Source of the DNA: Candidatus Omnitrophota bacterium
GTDB lineage: Bacteria; Omnitrophota; Gorgyraeia; Zapsychrales; Zapsychraceae
Length of the DNA: 64,000 nucleotides
Direction: 5' to 3'
Assembly (NCBI GenBank): GCA_029261055.1
Contig: JAJDCA010000068.1
Coordinates: 69,275-133,274, forward strand
In this document: in pieces, positions 1 through 7,606 of the stretch
Layout of the letters: each line of letters opens with the position of its first letter
Position numbering within the stretch: position 1 is the stretch's first letter
Program-made: the position numbers and the translations under genes
Notes under the pieces: model-generated
What the model was told of the DNA's origin: nothing
The model's input: only the letters and a program-made list of their open reading frames with translations
Databases searched by the model: none

Positions 1-900
1 AACAGTATCAATACGGTTGTGCAGAACTTTCCAAGTTCCTTCTATATCTCCCAAAAATCTCAAGAAATCCAGACATACCAGGTCACGTAAAAAGTGCCCC
101 AATACACACCAAAAATAAGCTAATATAGAAAATTTATTTTTTTGGGCCAAGTAATACATGTTCTGTATCCAAACCCGCCTATACTTACGACGAAAAACTC
201 TTCCGGGAGGATCTTTTTCTTGATAACAAATCGATTTAGGTTGAAAAAAAAGTTTATAATCACGAGATATTCTATATGAAACATCGACATCATCTCCATG
301 CGCATAACCTCTCAGACGTTCATCAAAACGATACTTCTCAATAATCTCACGTCTCCAAAATGTACAACCACCAGAGACAAACTCTGTATCACAAAATTCT
401 TTCTTCCAATGAGGAAATGTCTGCGAACCACTAGCTAAAAATTTTCCATCTCCCTCATGCGGCATGAGAAAAAAGGCTTGAAAAGGTTTCCGGCGATACA
501 CCCATCCATCCACTGTTCCCATCCCACCTGCATACTGACATTGAGTATCCTTCTCAAAAACTTTAAGAATCTCTTCACAAAACAAATAATCAAGAGTGAT
601 ATCATCATCAAAAAAAACAACCAAATCCGTATCATCACAAGAATCTATCCCGATATGCCGTGCCAAAATAAGTGATTTTATCTTTCGATGAACATACTTT
701 TTCTTGATATTTCCTCTCGGAGGGTTCCATTCTTCAAATATATTCTGTGTCTTTTTATCATCACTCTGATCAATGACAATCACTTCATAAGGTAAAATGG
801 TTTGCTTTTCTACTGACTGAAGAAATTGCGGAATGAGTTGGAAACGATTGCATGTTGGAAGAATCAGACTGTACCGTAATATTTTGCTATCTTTGTCCAT
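1..900 (-). CDS. Family-2 glycosyltransferase (GT-A fold), 3'-truncated by the window edge
   Basis: I translated the reverse strand by hand. An uninterrupted frame runs from ATG (898-900) to position 1. It is absent from the supplied track because it has no stop inside the window. N-terminus MDKDSKILRYSLILPTCNRFQLIPQFLQSVEKQT...VIVIDQSDD...DLVVFFDDD shows the typical GT2 DxD and acidic motifs. Confidence 0.7.
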   Translation of the reverse strand, partial: MDKDSKILRYSLILPTCNRFQLIPQFLQSVEKQTILPYEVIVIDQSDDKKTQNIFEEWNPPRGNIKKKYVHRKIKSLILARHIGIDSCDDTDLVVFFDDDITLDYLFCEEILKVFEKDTQCQYAGGMGTVDGWVYRRKPFQAFFLMPHEGDGKFLASGSQTFPHWKKEFCDTEFVSGGCTFWRREIIEKYRFDERLRGYAHGDDVDVSYRISRDYKLFFQPKSICYQEKDPPGRVFRRKYRRVWIQNMYYLAQKNKFSILAYFWCVLGHFLRDLVCLDFLRFLGDIEGTWKVLHNRIDTV

Positions 901-910
901 AAGTTTTTAA

Positions 911-1609
911 TTAAACAACTAAACGTACTAAACAAAAAGCTTCGGCTTTCTCCACACCCACGGCCATTCCACGATAATTGGCCAATGTCTTTAACCCTTC
1001 ATTAGAACGAGGAAATGGAAAAGGTCTGGCCTCCCCTTCGTAACAGTGCCATGCTTCCATCTTCTTATCCCAGTATTGACTAATATCTACAAAAATATTG
1101 GGTTTAAAATATGGATTAAACTTCCATCCCCCACTGCAAATAATTTCAAATGTGTAAATTTCTTTTGGAATCCACTTCCGTGTTGGACGACAAGCAACTT
1201 CAACGGCCTCATATGTGATTCGATGATCTATATTAACTTCCGAAGGATTATGAGTAAAAAGAACCGTGGGCTGAAATGATTCCATTTCTTTTTCAATTTC
1301 TTTTACAATAGAAAGAAGAGGATGCGTATCAAATTGGGTACATAACATCTTCCCATATCGGACTCTTTCTATACCTAAAATCTCTAACGCGCTTTCTGCC
1401 TCTTTTTTTCTTTGAGCTGTTTGTTGAGCGAACTCCGGAGAATTATATTCTCCTACAGGGAACCGGGAAGAAACACCTTCCCCTAAAAAAATAACCGCTA
1501 TCTGAGCCCCTGCTTCTATTGCTTTAACCAAGGTCCCTCCACACCCTAATACCTCATCATCAGGATGTGCTGCTACCACTAAAAGGCGCGTTTTGGAATC
1601 AAAATACAT
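911..1609 (-). CDS. PIG-L/LmbE family N-acetylglucosaminyl deacetylase
   Basis: N-terminal LVVAAHPDDEVLGCGGT motif (AHPDDE, zinc-binding); 232 aa; AGGAGG Shine-Dalgarno 5 nt upstream of the ATG on the minus strand. Confidence 0.8.
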   Translation of the reverse strand: MYFDSKTRLLVVAAHPDDEVLGCGGTLVKAIEAGAQIAVIFLGEGVSSRFPVGEYNSPEFAQQTAQRKKEAESALEILGIERVRYGKMLCTQFDTHPLLSIVKEIEKEMESFQPTVLFTHNPSEVNIDHRITYEAVEVACRPTRKWIPKEIYTFEIICSGGWKFNPYFKPNIFVDISQYWDKKMEAWHCYEGEARPFPFPRSNEGLKTLANYRGMAVGVEKAEAFCLVRLVV

Positions 1610-1749
1610 TCTTCCTCCTTGATTTCATTTTAATCCAGCCCAATATATAATATTCGCAATACAAATCCGTAACCTTTTAAACTGTATTTTATGACAAGAA
1701 GGACCTTTTCAAAATAGGAACGTTTGTTTTACAAATGCTATTTTAAAAA

Positions 1750-2523
1750 TTATTCCCCACCGGCAACCGTTAAAATGCTTCCAGAGATATATGCACTTTC
1801 TTCAGATGCTAAAAAATAAACAGATGAGGCTATTTCATTGGGGTCAGCTAATCTCTTCAAAGGAATTAAGTCGATCCTTTTCTCAATATTTTTATTAGGG
1901 TTTAACTTTAAAAAGTCTGTATCCGTTAAACCAGCTCGAATAGCATTGACCAAAACATTATAAGGAGCTCCGGACTTCGCAAAAGAAATTGTCATAGCCT
2001 CTACTGCAGCTTTTGAAATAGTATAATGTGCAGAAATTGGATTTCCGCCGTATTTAACTCCAATACTGCTAATATTTATAATTCGACCACCGGCGCTTTC
2101 TTTCATATGCTTTAATGCAAATTGTGATAATAAAAATGATGCTTTTAGGTTTACATTTAAGACATAATCAAAATCTTCCTCTTTTATGCTTTCGATACTC
2201 TCAGAAATCGACATAGTCCCTGCATTATTAAAGAGAACATCCAATTTCTTGCATTTATCCATACATTGAGAGAAGACCTTCTCTACATTCTCAGATTGAG
2301 AAAGATCACTTTGAATCATTTCTAATTTTTCATGATTCAGTGCTCTGAGATTATCATCTGATCTAAAATAGTGCGCAAAAACAGTATACCCTTTTTCTAA
2401 AAAAAGTTTCGTTGTGGCTAATCCAATTCCACCATTAGCGCCTGTAATAAGAATAGTTTTACTGCTCATTGATATTTGCCCACTTTTCGAAATTAGGCCT
2501 CCCCATGACATCTCCGATGACAT
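1750..2523 (-). CDS. Short-chain dehydrogenase/reductase (SDR); true start probably the internal Met near 2469
   Basis: TGANGGIGLATTKLF Rossmann motif and YTISK (YxxxK) catalytic motif. The track start overlaps the upstream gene by 64 nt; the internal Met (MSSKTILITGANGG) gives an 11-nt overlap typical of coupled genes. Confidence 0.85.
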   Translation of the reverse strand: MSSEMSWGGLISKSGQISMSSKTILITGANGGIGLATTKLFLEKGYTVFAHYFRSDDNLRALNHEKLEMIQSDLSQSENVEKVFSQCMDKCKKLDVLFNNAGTMSISESIESIKEEDFDYVLNVNLKASFLLSQFALKHMKESAGGRIINISSIGVKYGGNPISAHYTISKAAVEAMTISFAKSGAPYNVLVNAIRAGLTDTDFLKLNPNKNIEKRIDLIPLKRLADPNEIASSVYFLASEESAYISGSILTVAGGE

Positions 2524-3379
2524 TACATTTATTACATGGGTTAAAATTACGATTTTCTTGGGAAAGCAATTTTCTTGCGGCTTGATACCTCTTACTTATC
2601 CAAAGTTCCCATAAATTCTTTTCAGATAAATTTCCAACGATATATCCCTTACCCCAATCATGCGGACACAAAATCATATCTCCATTATAGTCAACAAGGG
2701 TTTGATAAAATGGATAAAAACACTTTCTTTTTAATGGTAATTGCTCAATATCATCGTTTGTCTTATCTTGAAATTTATCAATTTCAATTACACCGGCCCG
2801 ATTTGAGAAGATAATTCCGTAATCGCCGTTGTTCTCATCAAAATATCTTCGCCTTAATACAAATTGACTCTCTGACAAATTTAGTGCATTTCTCATATTT
2901 AGAAATTCATCGTATGCACTTGGGCCGTCATAAATACTGATAGTAACTGTATCTAGGCCTTCTTCAAATAGCCTTACTAGTTTTTCGGTTCTTTTTTTAA
3001 AGATATCTCCATTGCTGTTTATTTCTAAACGCGCCTTCGGTAGAATGGTCTTGCTAATCTTGACCAATTCAGGAAGGTCTTTACTCAAAAAAGGTTCAGA
3101 AAAGGCTGAAATCAGGAGAGTCCCATCATAGTTAATCCCCTCTAAATCTTTCATTATTTTTGTGAATAACTTAATTGAGATTCCTTCATGTCTATTTGTA
3201 TAAAAAGACTCGTTAGAGACAGGGCAAAAACTGCAACTTCTATTACAAGCTCCGTAGACATTAAATTCGACAATAGTAAAAACGGGAAAACCATCAATTG
3301 TTCTTAAATTTCCGTCGTTTTCAACAAATTTTTGTTTCCTATAAATGCTCTGATCTGCAACATTATTCAATTTATTCAC
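2459..3379 (-). CDS. Radical SAM enzyme with a C-terminal Cys-rich (SPASM/twitch-like) region; BtrN-like dehydrogenase candidate
   Basis: CNRSCSFCP = canonical CxxxCxxC AdoMet-radical cluster motif near the N-terminus. Downstream cysteines (CPHDWG...CNKCN) suggest an auxiliary Fe-S cluster. Motif order (CNRxCxxCP...NGD...CNxCN) resembles aminocyclitol dehydrogenase BtrN, from memory. GTG start with GAGGAG SD. Confidence 0.65.
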   Translation of the reverse strand: MNKLNNVADQSIYRKQKFVENDGNLRTIDGFPVFTIVEFNVYGACNRSCSFCPVSNESFYTNRHEGISIKLFTKIMKDLEGINYDGTLLISAFSEPFLSKDLPELVKISKTILPKARLEINSNGDIFKKRTEKLVRLFEEGLDTVTISIYDGPSAYDEFLNMRNALNLSESQFVLRRRYFDENNGDYGIIFSNRAGVIEIDKFQDKTNDDIEQLPLKRKCFYPFYQTLVDYNGDMILCPHDWGKGYIVGNLSEKNLWELWISKRYQAARKLLSQENRNFNPCNKCNVIGDVMGRPNFEKWANINEQ

Positions 3380-3400
3380 TTTTTAGTCTCCTCAATAAAC

Positions 3401-3422
3401 CAAAAAAATCGCCTACGGCGAT
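3401..3422 (-). terminator. Intrinsic-terminator-like hairpin (ATCGCC-GTA-GGCGAT) followed on the minus strand by TTTTTTT, only ~22 nt upstream of the RBS of the radical SAM gene
   Basis: Read directly: forward caaaaaaATCGCCTACGGCGAT; the minus-strand RNA would be AUCGCCGUAGGCGAUUUUUUUGG then GAGGAG SD and GUG start. Confidence 0.5.
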
Positions 3423-3444
3423 AACCTGAGGCGTATTTTTGGTG

Positions 3445-3475
3445 CCGATAGGAAATTATATAATTTCCTATACGG
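3445..3475 (-). promoter_or_regulatory. Long AT-rich palindrome (perfect 24-bp ATAGGAAATTATATAATTTCCTAT, 3448-3471, extendable to 31 bp with one bulge): candidate operator or leader hairpin
   Basis: Read directly; it is centred in the 200-bp intergenic leader. A TTGACA hexamer lies ~60 nt upstream of it in the minus-strand sense. Confidence 0.45.
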
Positions 3476-3580
3476 TAAAAAAATATTCTGATTTATAGTT
3501 TTCTGAATGTCAAGGACAATTTGAATCGGAAGCTTATCCTATTTTTCAAAATTTAAAATACACTCATCTCCGAGAATTCC

Positions 3581-4678
3581 TCATCCCAATAGCACGGGTT
3601 GATACAACTCAAAATAGGATAAAATCTGGTTTTTAAGCCGCTCATCGAAAGGAACTTGAACTTTGAACATATCTCCAGCGCCACGTGTTAAAATGCATCC
3701 CACATTATTCCCAGTATTTTTTTTATCGCGCGAAAGTGCCTTCATGTAATCATCCGCACATTGCCGGGTTAAACGAAAATCTGGCAAATTCTTCTCTAAT
3801 ATTTTATGCAGAGCCGCGCGAGATTCCTCTTTAAGATAACCCAACGCAACAGATAAATGATTAGCGATATCCATACCCATAGTTACCGCTTGCCCATGAT
3901 TAATGCTGTAAGAGGTGACCGCTTCAATCGCATGGCCGAACGTATGGCCGTAATTAAAAACATTGCGCTTGTCTTTATCAAATTCATCAATTTCCACCAT
4001 TGCCTTTTTAATTTTTAAACTCTCTTCAATATACTCTGCCAAACTTTCCGGAGATTTAAGACACTCTGTATAACTTCTGATCAATTTTTCCGCCAAATCA
4101 ACTCGACCATCTACTAGGTAAAAATGGAGAATCTCACCTATGCCAGATTTGATTTCACTCTGCGGGAGTGTTTTAAGAAAATTTGCATCTATAAAAATTT
4201 CTTTCGGCGGATAAAATGCGCCCAAAAGATTTTTATAAGAACTGAAGTTAATGGAGCTTTTACTACCAATACAACTGTCGGCTTGAGAGAGCAGCGTCGT
4301 CGGAATAAAAACCCAGTCAATGCCTCTGTAGAGAACCGTACTGACAAACGCCGTAACATCCTGAATAATACCGCCACCCAATGCTATCAGTGTATGGTTT
4401 TTGCGAAAACCTTGACCAACCAGCCACAATAAAATCTCCTCGCACTTTTTTAGAGTTTTGTGTTCCTCTAAAGCTTCAACCACGTGAATACAACGTTCAT
4501 CAACCAAGTCCTTAAGACGATCATTGACCATATCTATGACAACTTTGTCAGCAATAACAAACACTTCATCACGATCCTTACCATCAAATGCGGCGATAAA
4601 ATCCTGAACAAAGAGCACCTGATAATCTTGTACCCGAGATTTAACTACGAAGTCCTCATGCATCAATAAATCCCCCAT
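3581..4678 (-). CDS. 3-dehydroquinate-synthase-like sugar phosphate cyclase superfamily enzyme
   Basis: GGGIIQDVTAFVSTVLYRGIDWVFIPTTLLSQADSCIGSKSSIN and NYGHTFGHAIE closely follow the DHQS nucleotide-binding and metal-binding signatures (GGGVxGD...RGI.F..VPTTLLAQVDSS.GGKT; N.GHTFGHAIE). 365 aa. Confidence 0.7.
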   Translation of the reverse strand: MGDLLMHEDFVVKSRVQDYQVLFVQDFIAAFDGKDRDEVFVIADKVVIDMVNDRLKDLVDERCIHVVEALEEHKTLKKCEEILLWLVGQGFRKNHTLIALGGGIIQDVTAFVSTVLYRGIDWVFIPTTLLSQADSCIGSKSSINFSSYKNLLGAFYPPKEIFIDANFLKTLPQSEIKSGIGEILHFYLVDGRVDLAEKLIRSYTECLKSPESLAEYIEESLKIKKAMVEIDEFDKDKRNVFNYGHTFGHAIEAVTSYSINHGQAVTMGMDIANHLSVALGYLKEESRAALHKILEKNLPDFRLTRQCADDYMKALSRDKKNTGNNVGCILTRGAGDMFKVQVPFDERLKNQILSYFELYQPVLLG

Positions 4679-5396
4679 CCACCGTGATATTTTTCCCCGT
4701 CAAATATGTATTAACATCGCTAGCTAAAAACAAGACCACCTTGGCTATTTCACCCGGATCGGCAAATCTCCCCACCGGTACGCGAGCGGTCAATTCCTCC
4801 ATTTCGTGCTTCTTTAGATTTTTTTTGGTTAAATCCGTGAGGACAAATCCGGGGGAAACCGAATTCACCAAAATACCGTGCGGCGCCAACTCATTGGATG
4901 CCGCCATCGTAAACCCGCGCAAGCCAAATTTTGTCGTCGTATAAATGGAGCGTTTAGGTTTACTGACCACCCCAAAAATCGAAGCAATATTAACGATCCG
5001 TCCGTACTTATGCTTCTTCATCATCGTGCTGACCGCTCTTGTTACGAGGAACGGTCCTTTTAAATTCACATCCACCATTTGATCCCATTCTTCCTCGGTG
5101 GCATCTTGAATAAAATTAAGCGCATTAATCCCAGCATTGTTAATACAAATATCAATACGTTTTTGTTTCTCTAATTCCCTAATAAAGGACTTCGTGCTTC
5201 GATCATCAGAAAAATCAACGCAGTAAAATGTCTTTCTAGGCTCACCTCCGGCGTTTAATTTCTCAATCTGAGTAGCATTTGTCCCTGTTAAAATCAAATC
5301 TGCCCCAAGACCGGCAAGTTCATCGGCAATGGCCTTCCCAATGCCGCGTGTCGCTCCGGTAACAAGAGCTTTTTTCCCTTTGAAATCTATTTTCAT
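4656..5396 (-). CDS. SDR family oxidoreductase (FabG-like ketoreductase)
   Basis: KKALVTGATRGIGKAIA glycine-rich motif and SDR-length Rossmann domain (246 aa). Confidence 0.85.
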   Translation of the reverse strand: MKIDFKGKKALVTGATRGIGKAIADELAGLGADLILTGTNATQIEKLNAGGEPRKTFYCVDFSDDRSTKSFIRELEKQKRIDICINNAGINALNFIQDATEEEWDQMVDVNLKGPFLVTRAVSTMMKKHKYGRIVNIASIFGVVSKPKRSIYTTTKFGLRGFTMAASNELAPHGILVNSVSPGFVLTDLTKKNLKKHEMEELTARVPVGRFADPGEIAKVVLFLASDVNTYLTGKNITVDGGFIDA

Positions 5397-5408
5397 ATTA
5401 AAATTTCA

Positions 5409-6380
5409 TTATGATTTTCGTTGGGCAAATGCCCTGATTAAATTTTCCACCGCCTCAACCTCCATGCGCCAACGGCATTCACGTGTGTAAGATCCAACAT
5501 GGGGTGTTAAAATGACTTGTTCGTACTTTAATAAGGCGCCATTGTAAGGCTCATCGACAAACACATCTAGCCATGCGCCGGCAATCCGCCCATCATCAAG
5601 GGCCTTTAAAAGAGCCTCTTCTTCAACAAGTTCCCCCCTGGCAGCGTTAAGTATAAGCCCTCCAGGCTTCATTAGAGCAAATTCATTACCCCCAAGAATG
5701 CATTGATCACCGCTGCTGTGAATCGTCACAATATCTGCTTTAGGCAGTGCCTCCTCAAGAGTTATGCATTCAACATTGGCTCCTCCGGAAAAAAACGGAT
5801 CGACAACAAGCCATCTTGCACCAAAGGCATCAAGTAAGGAAGCGATCTTTCTACCGATACGCCCGAATCCGATAATAACAACCGTCTTACCCTCCAATAA
5901 ACCGCCGATGCGCTTATTCCATTGACCAGCGTGGAGATCCTTGTTCATTTGATGCACCATGCGCAATAAATTAAGCATCGCCGCCAACGTTAATTCCGCC
6001 ACAGACGCTACCGGAACATCCGGCGTCGAGCACACAGTAATATCTAATTCTTCAGCCGCCTGCTGATCGACATTCGACATCCCTGATCCACAACGTGAAA
6101 TAACCTTTAAATCTGACTGCTCCATCACCTCACGGTCAAGGGGTTCAAGTCCCGCGATAAGCCCGGTCACACCATCCTTTAAGAGTTTTAGTAGCTCCTG
6201 CTTATTTAACCGCCGCTTAACGGGATTACCGATCACCGTCGCGCCTGACTTTTTTAGGTTATCCATCGGCGCTGAATCAAGTGCAGCAAAAGTTGACGGA
6301 CCTATAAGAATTTTCTGCCCCTTAAGCACTGGCACGACCGATTCTCCTATTTGATCATTCAAATGTGCCGGTTGGTTCAC
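5409..6380 (-). CDS. D-isomer-specific 2-hydroxyacid dehydrogenase family (NAD-dependent)
   Basis: GKTVVIIGFGRIGRKIA GxGxxG NAD-binding motif in mid-protein. Catalytic-domain layout typical of the D-2-hydroxyacid/phosphoglycerate dehydrogenase family. 323 aa. Confidence 0.8.
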   Translation of the reverse strand: MNQPAHLNDQIGESVVPVLKGQKILIGPSTFAALDSAPMDNLKKSGATVIGNPVKRRLNKQELLKLLKDGVTGLIAGLEPLDREVMEQSDLKVISRCGSGMSNVDQQAAEELDITVCSTPDVPVASVAELTLAAMLNLLRMVHQMNKDLHAGQWNKRIGGLLEGKTVVIIGFGRIGRKIASLLDAFGARWLVVDPFFSGGANVECITLEEALPKADIVTIHSSGDQCILGGNEFALMKPGGLILNAARGELVEEEALLKALDDGRIAGAWLDVFVDEPYNGALLKYEQVILTPHVGSYTRECRWRMEVEAVENLIRAFAQRKS

Positions 6381-7449
6381 AGAAAGGCTCCTTATGATTA
6401 ATCATGCTCATCATCGGATCGGTAATGTTATACTTCTCCCGCCATGCAGGGTCTGCATAATAAATTTTAAAAACCGTACACATGGTTTCCAAGGCCTCAC
6501 GGCTTGTCCCGTGCACAATCGGCGTCTTGTTAATAATAGCATCAGCAAATTCTTCAATCTCCCGCCGCCATGAATGATCCTCCAAATAATTAACGACGCT
6601 CTCCCGAAGAGAGCCAAAATCTGACTCACTTCGCTCACCGATTGTTAAGCGTTCTTCTCCGTAACTCTTACTTCCTGAAAGAATGCCTTCTAAACATAAA
6701 AATCCGTTTGTTAACGTAATATCCAATGAGAACCGGTGTTGCCATTGTGTAGCACTGGAATGCAAAATCGCTATACGTCCATTGGCATCCTTTAAAAGCG
6801 CATAGGCATTGTCTTCCACATCATGTTTCCAATAACTGTTGGAAATATGACTGTTCACTTCAACAAAATCTCCACAAAAAAGGCGCAACAAATCTACCAT
6901 GTGAATACCTTGATCTAACAAAATCCCTCCACCGGAGAATTTACGCTGTGCTCGCCATCCGGAGGAATATGAAACAATTTTACTTTTTCCGTAAACACCC
7001 CTGATGTTAATTATTTCACCAAGCTTCCCGGAACGTACCATCTTAAGCGCTTCACAAACCGAATCATGATAACGATGATTAAAACCGTATTTCAAAAACA
7101 GTCCTGGGTGCTCTTTCTCAACGGCAATAACATGTTCAATATCAGCCACGTCACGTCCTGGAGGCTTTTCACAGAAAACATGCAATCCCAACTTTAAACC
7201 AGCAATAGTCACTTCCGGCGCTAAATAATTTGGTAGGCAAACAAATAGTGCATCCAGATCTTCAGATAAAAGCTTTTTGTATTCGTTGTAGCAACGTGTT
7301 CCGTCGGTCAACGTACACGACTCTTTAAACGTTTTGTCGCAAACTGCAGTAACCTTTAAATATTCAAATTCATTAATAACCTTGTGGCGTCGTTTGCCAA
7401 CCAAACCGTAACCGGCAATCCCGATTTTATAAACTTTCTCACTGGACAC
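6355..7449 (-). CDS. Gfo/Idh/MocA family NAD(P)-dependent sugar oxidoreductase
   Basis: N-terminal KIGIAGYGLVGKRRHK Rossmann motif and ...EKP... motif characteristic of Gfo/Idh/MocA (inositol/sugar dehydrogenase) proteins. GTG start with AGAGGAAA SD. Confidence 0.8.
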   Translation of the reverse strand: MSSEKVYKIGIAGYGLVGKRRHKVINEFEYLKVTAVCDKTFKESCTLTDGTRCYNEYKKLLSEDLDALFVCLPNYLAPEVTIAGLKLGLHVFCEKPPGRDVADIEHVIAVEKEHPGLFLKYGFNHRYHDSVCEALKMVRSGKLGEIINIRGVYGKSKIVSYSSGWRAQRKFSGGGILLDQGIHMVDLLRLFCGDFVEVNSHISNSYWKHDVEDNAYALLKDANGRIAILHSSATQWQHRFSLDITLTNGFLCLEGILSGSKSYGEERLTIGERSESDFGSLRESVVNYLEDHSWRREIEEFADAIINKTPIVHGTSREALETMCTVFKIYYADPAWREKYNITDPMMSMINHKEPFCEPTGTFE

Positions 7450-7606
7450 GAATTTCCTCTAGTTGAATCAAGGGTATGAATCCCAGGGCAAGCCCTGGAC
7501 CCTATCAGCCGCAGCGAGCTGCGGGGGATTAAACCCGTTGGAGATTGGCTAAATAATTTTTTCAGCCAATCTCTTAATTAAATTAGCTTCGCGCTTAAAT
7601 AAAACC
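7450..7606 (-). other. GC-rich structured intergenic element (three consecutive stem-loops) between the stop of the 525-aa ORF and the RBS of the oxidoreductase gene
   Basis: Seen directly on the forward strand: inverted repeats GAGATTGGCT(13 nt)AGCCAATCTC and CCGCAGC-GA-GCTGCGG, plus CCAGGGC-AA-GCCCTGG nested inside AGGGT...ACCCT. It is much more GC-rich than the flanks. No U-tract follows any hairpin. Confidence 0.5.

Noticed and set aside
2459-7449. Interpretation as a bona fide aminoglycoside-antibiotic (2-deoxystreptamine) gene cluster
   Set aside because: The surrounding 55 kb is unmistakably a cell-surface glycan locus (CMP-nonulosonate genes, ABC exporter, MBOAT, many GTs). There are no resistance rRNA-methyltransferase genes, no glycosyltransferases of the aminoglycoside type, and the AT-rich host context is atypical. 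I kept it as a cyclitol-like module within a glycan pathway rather than an antibiotic BGC.
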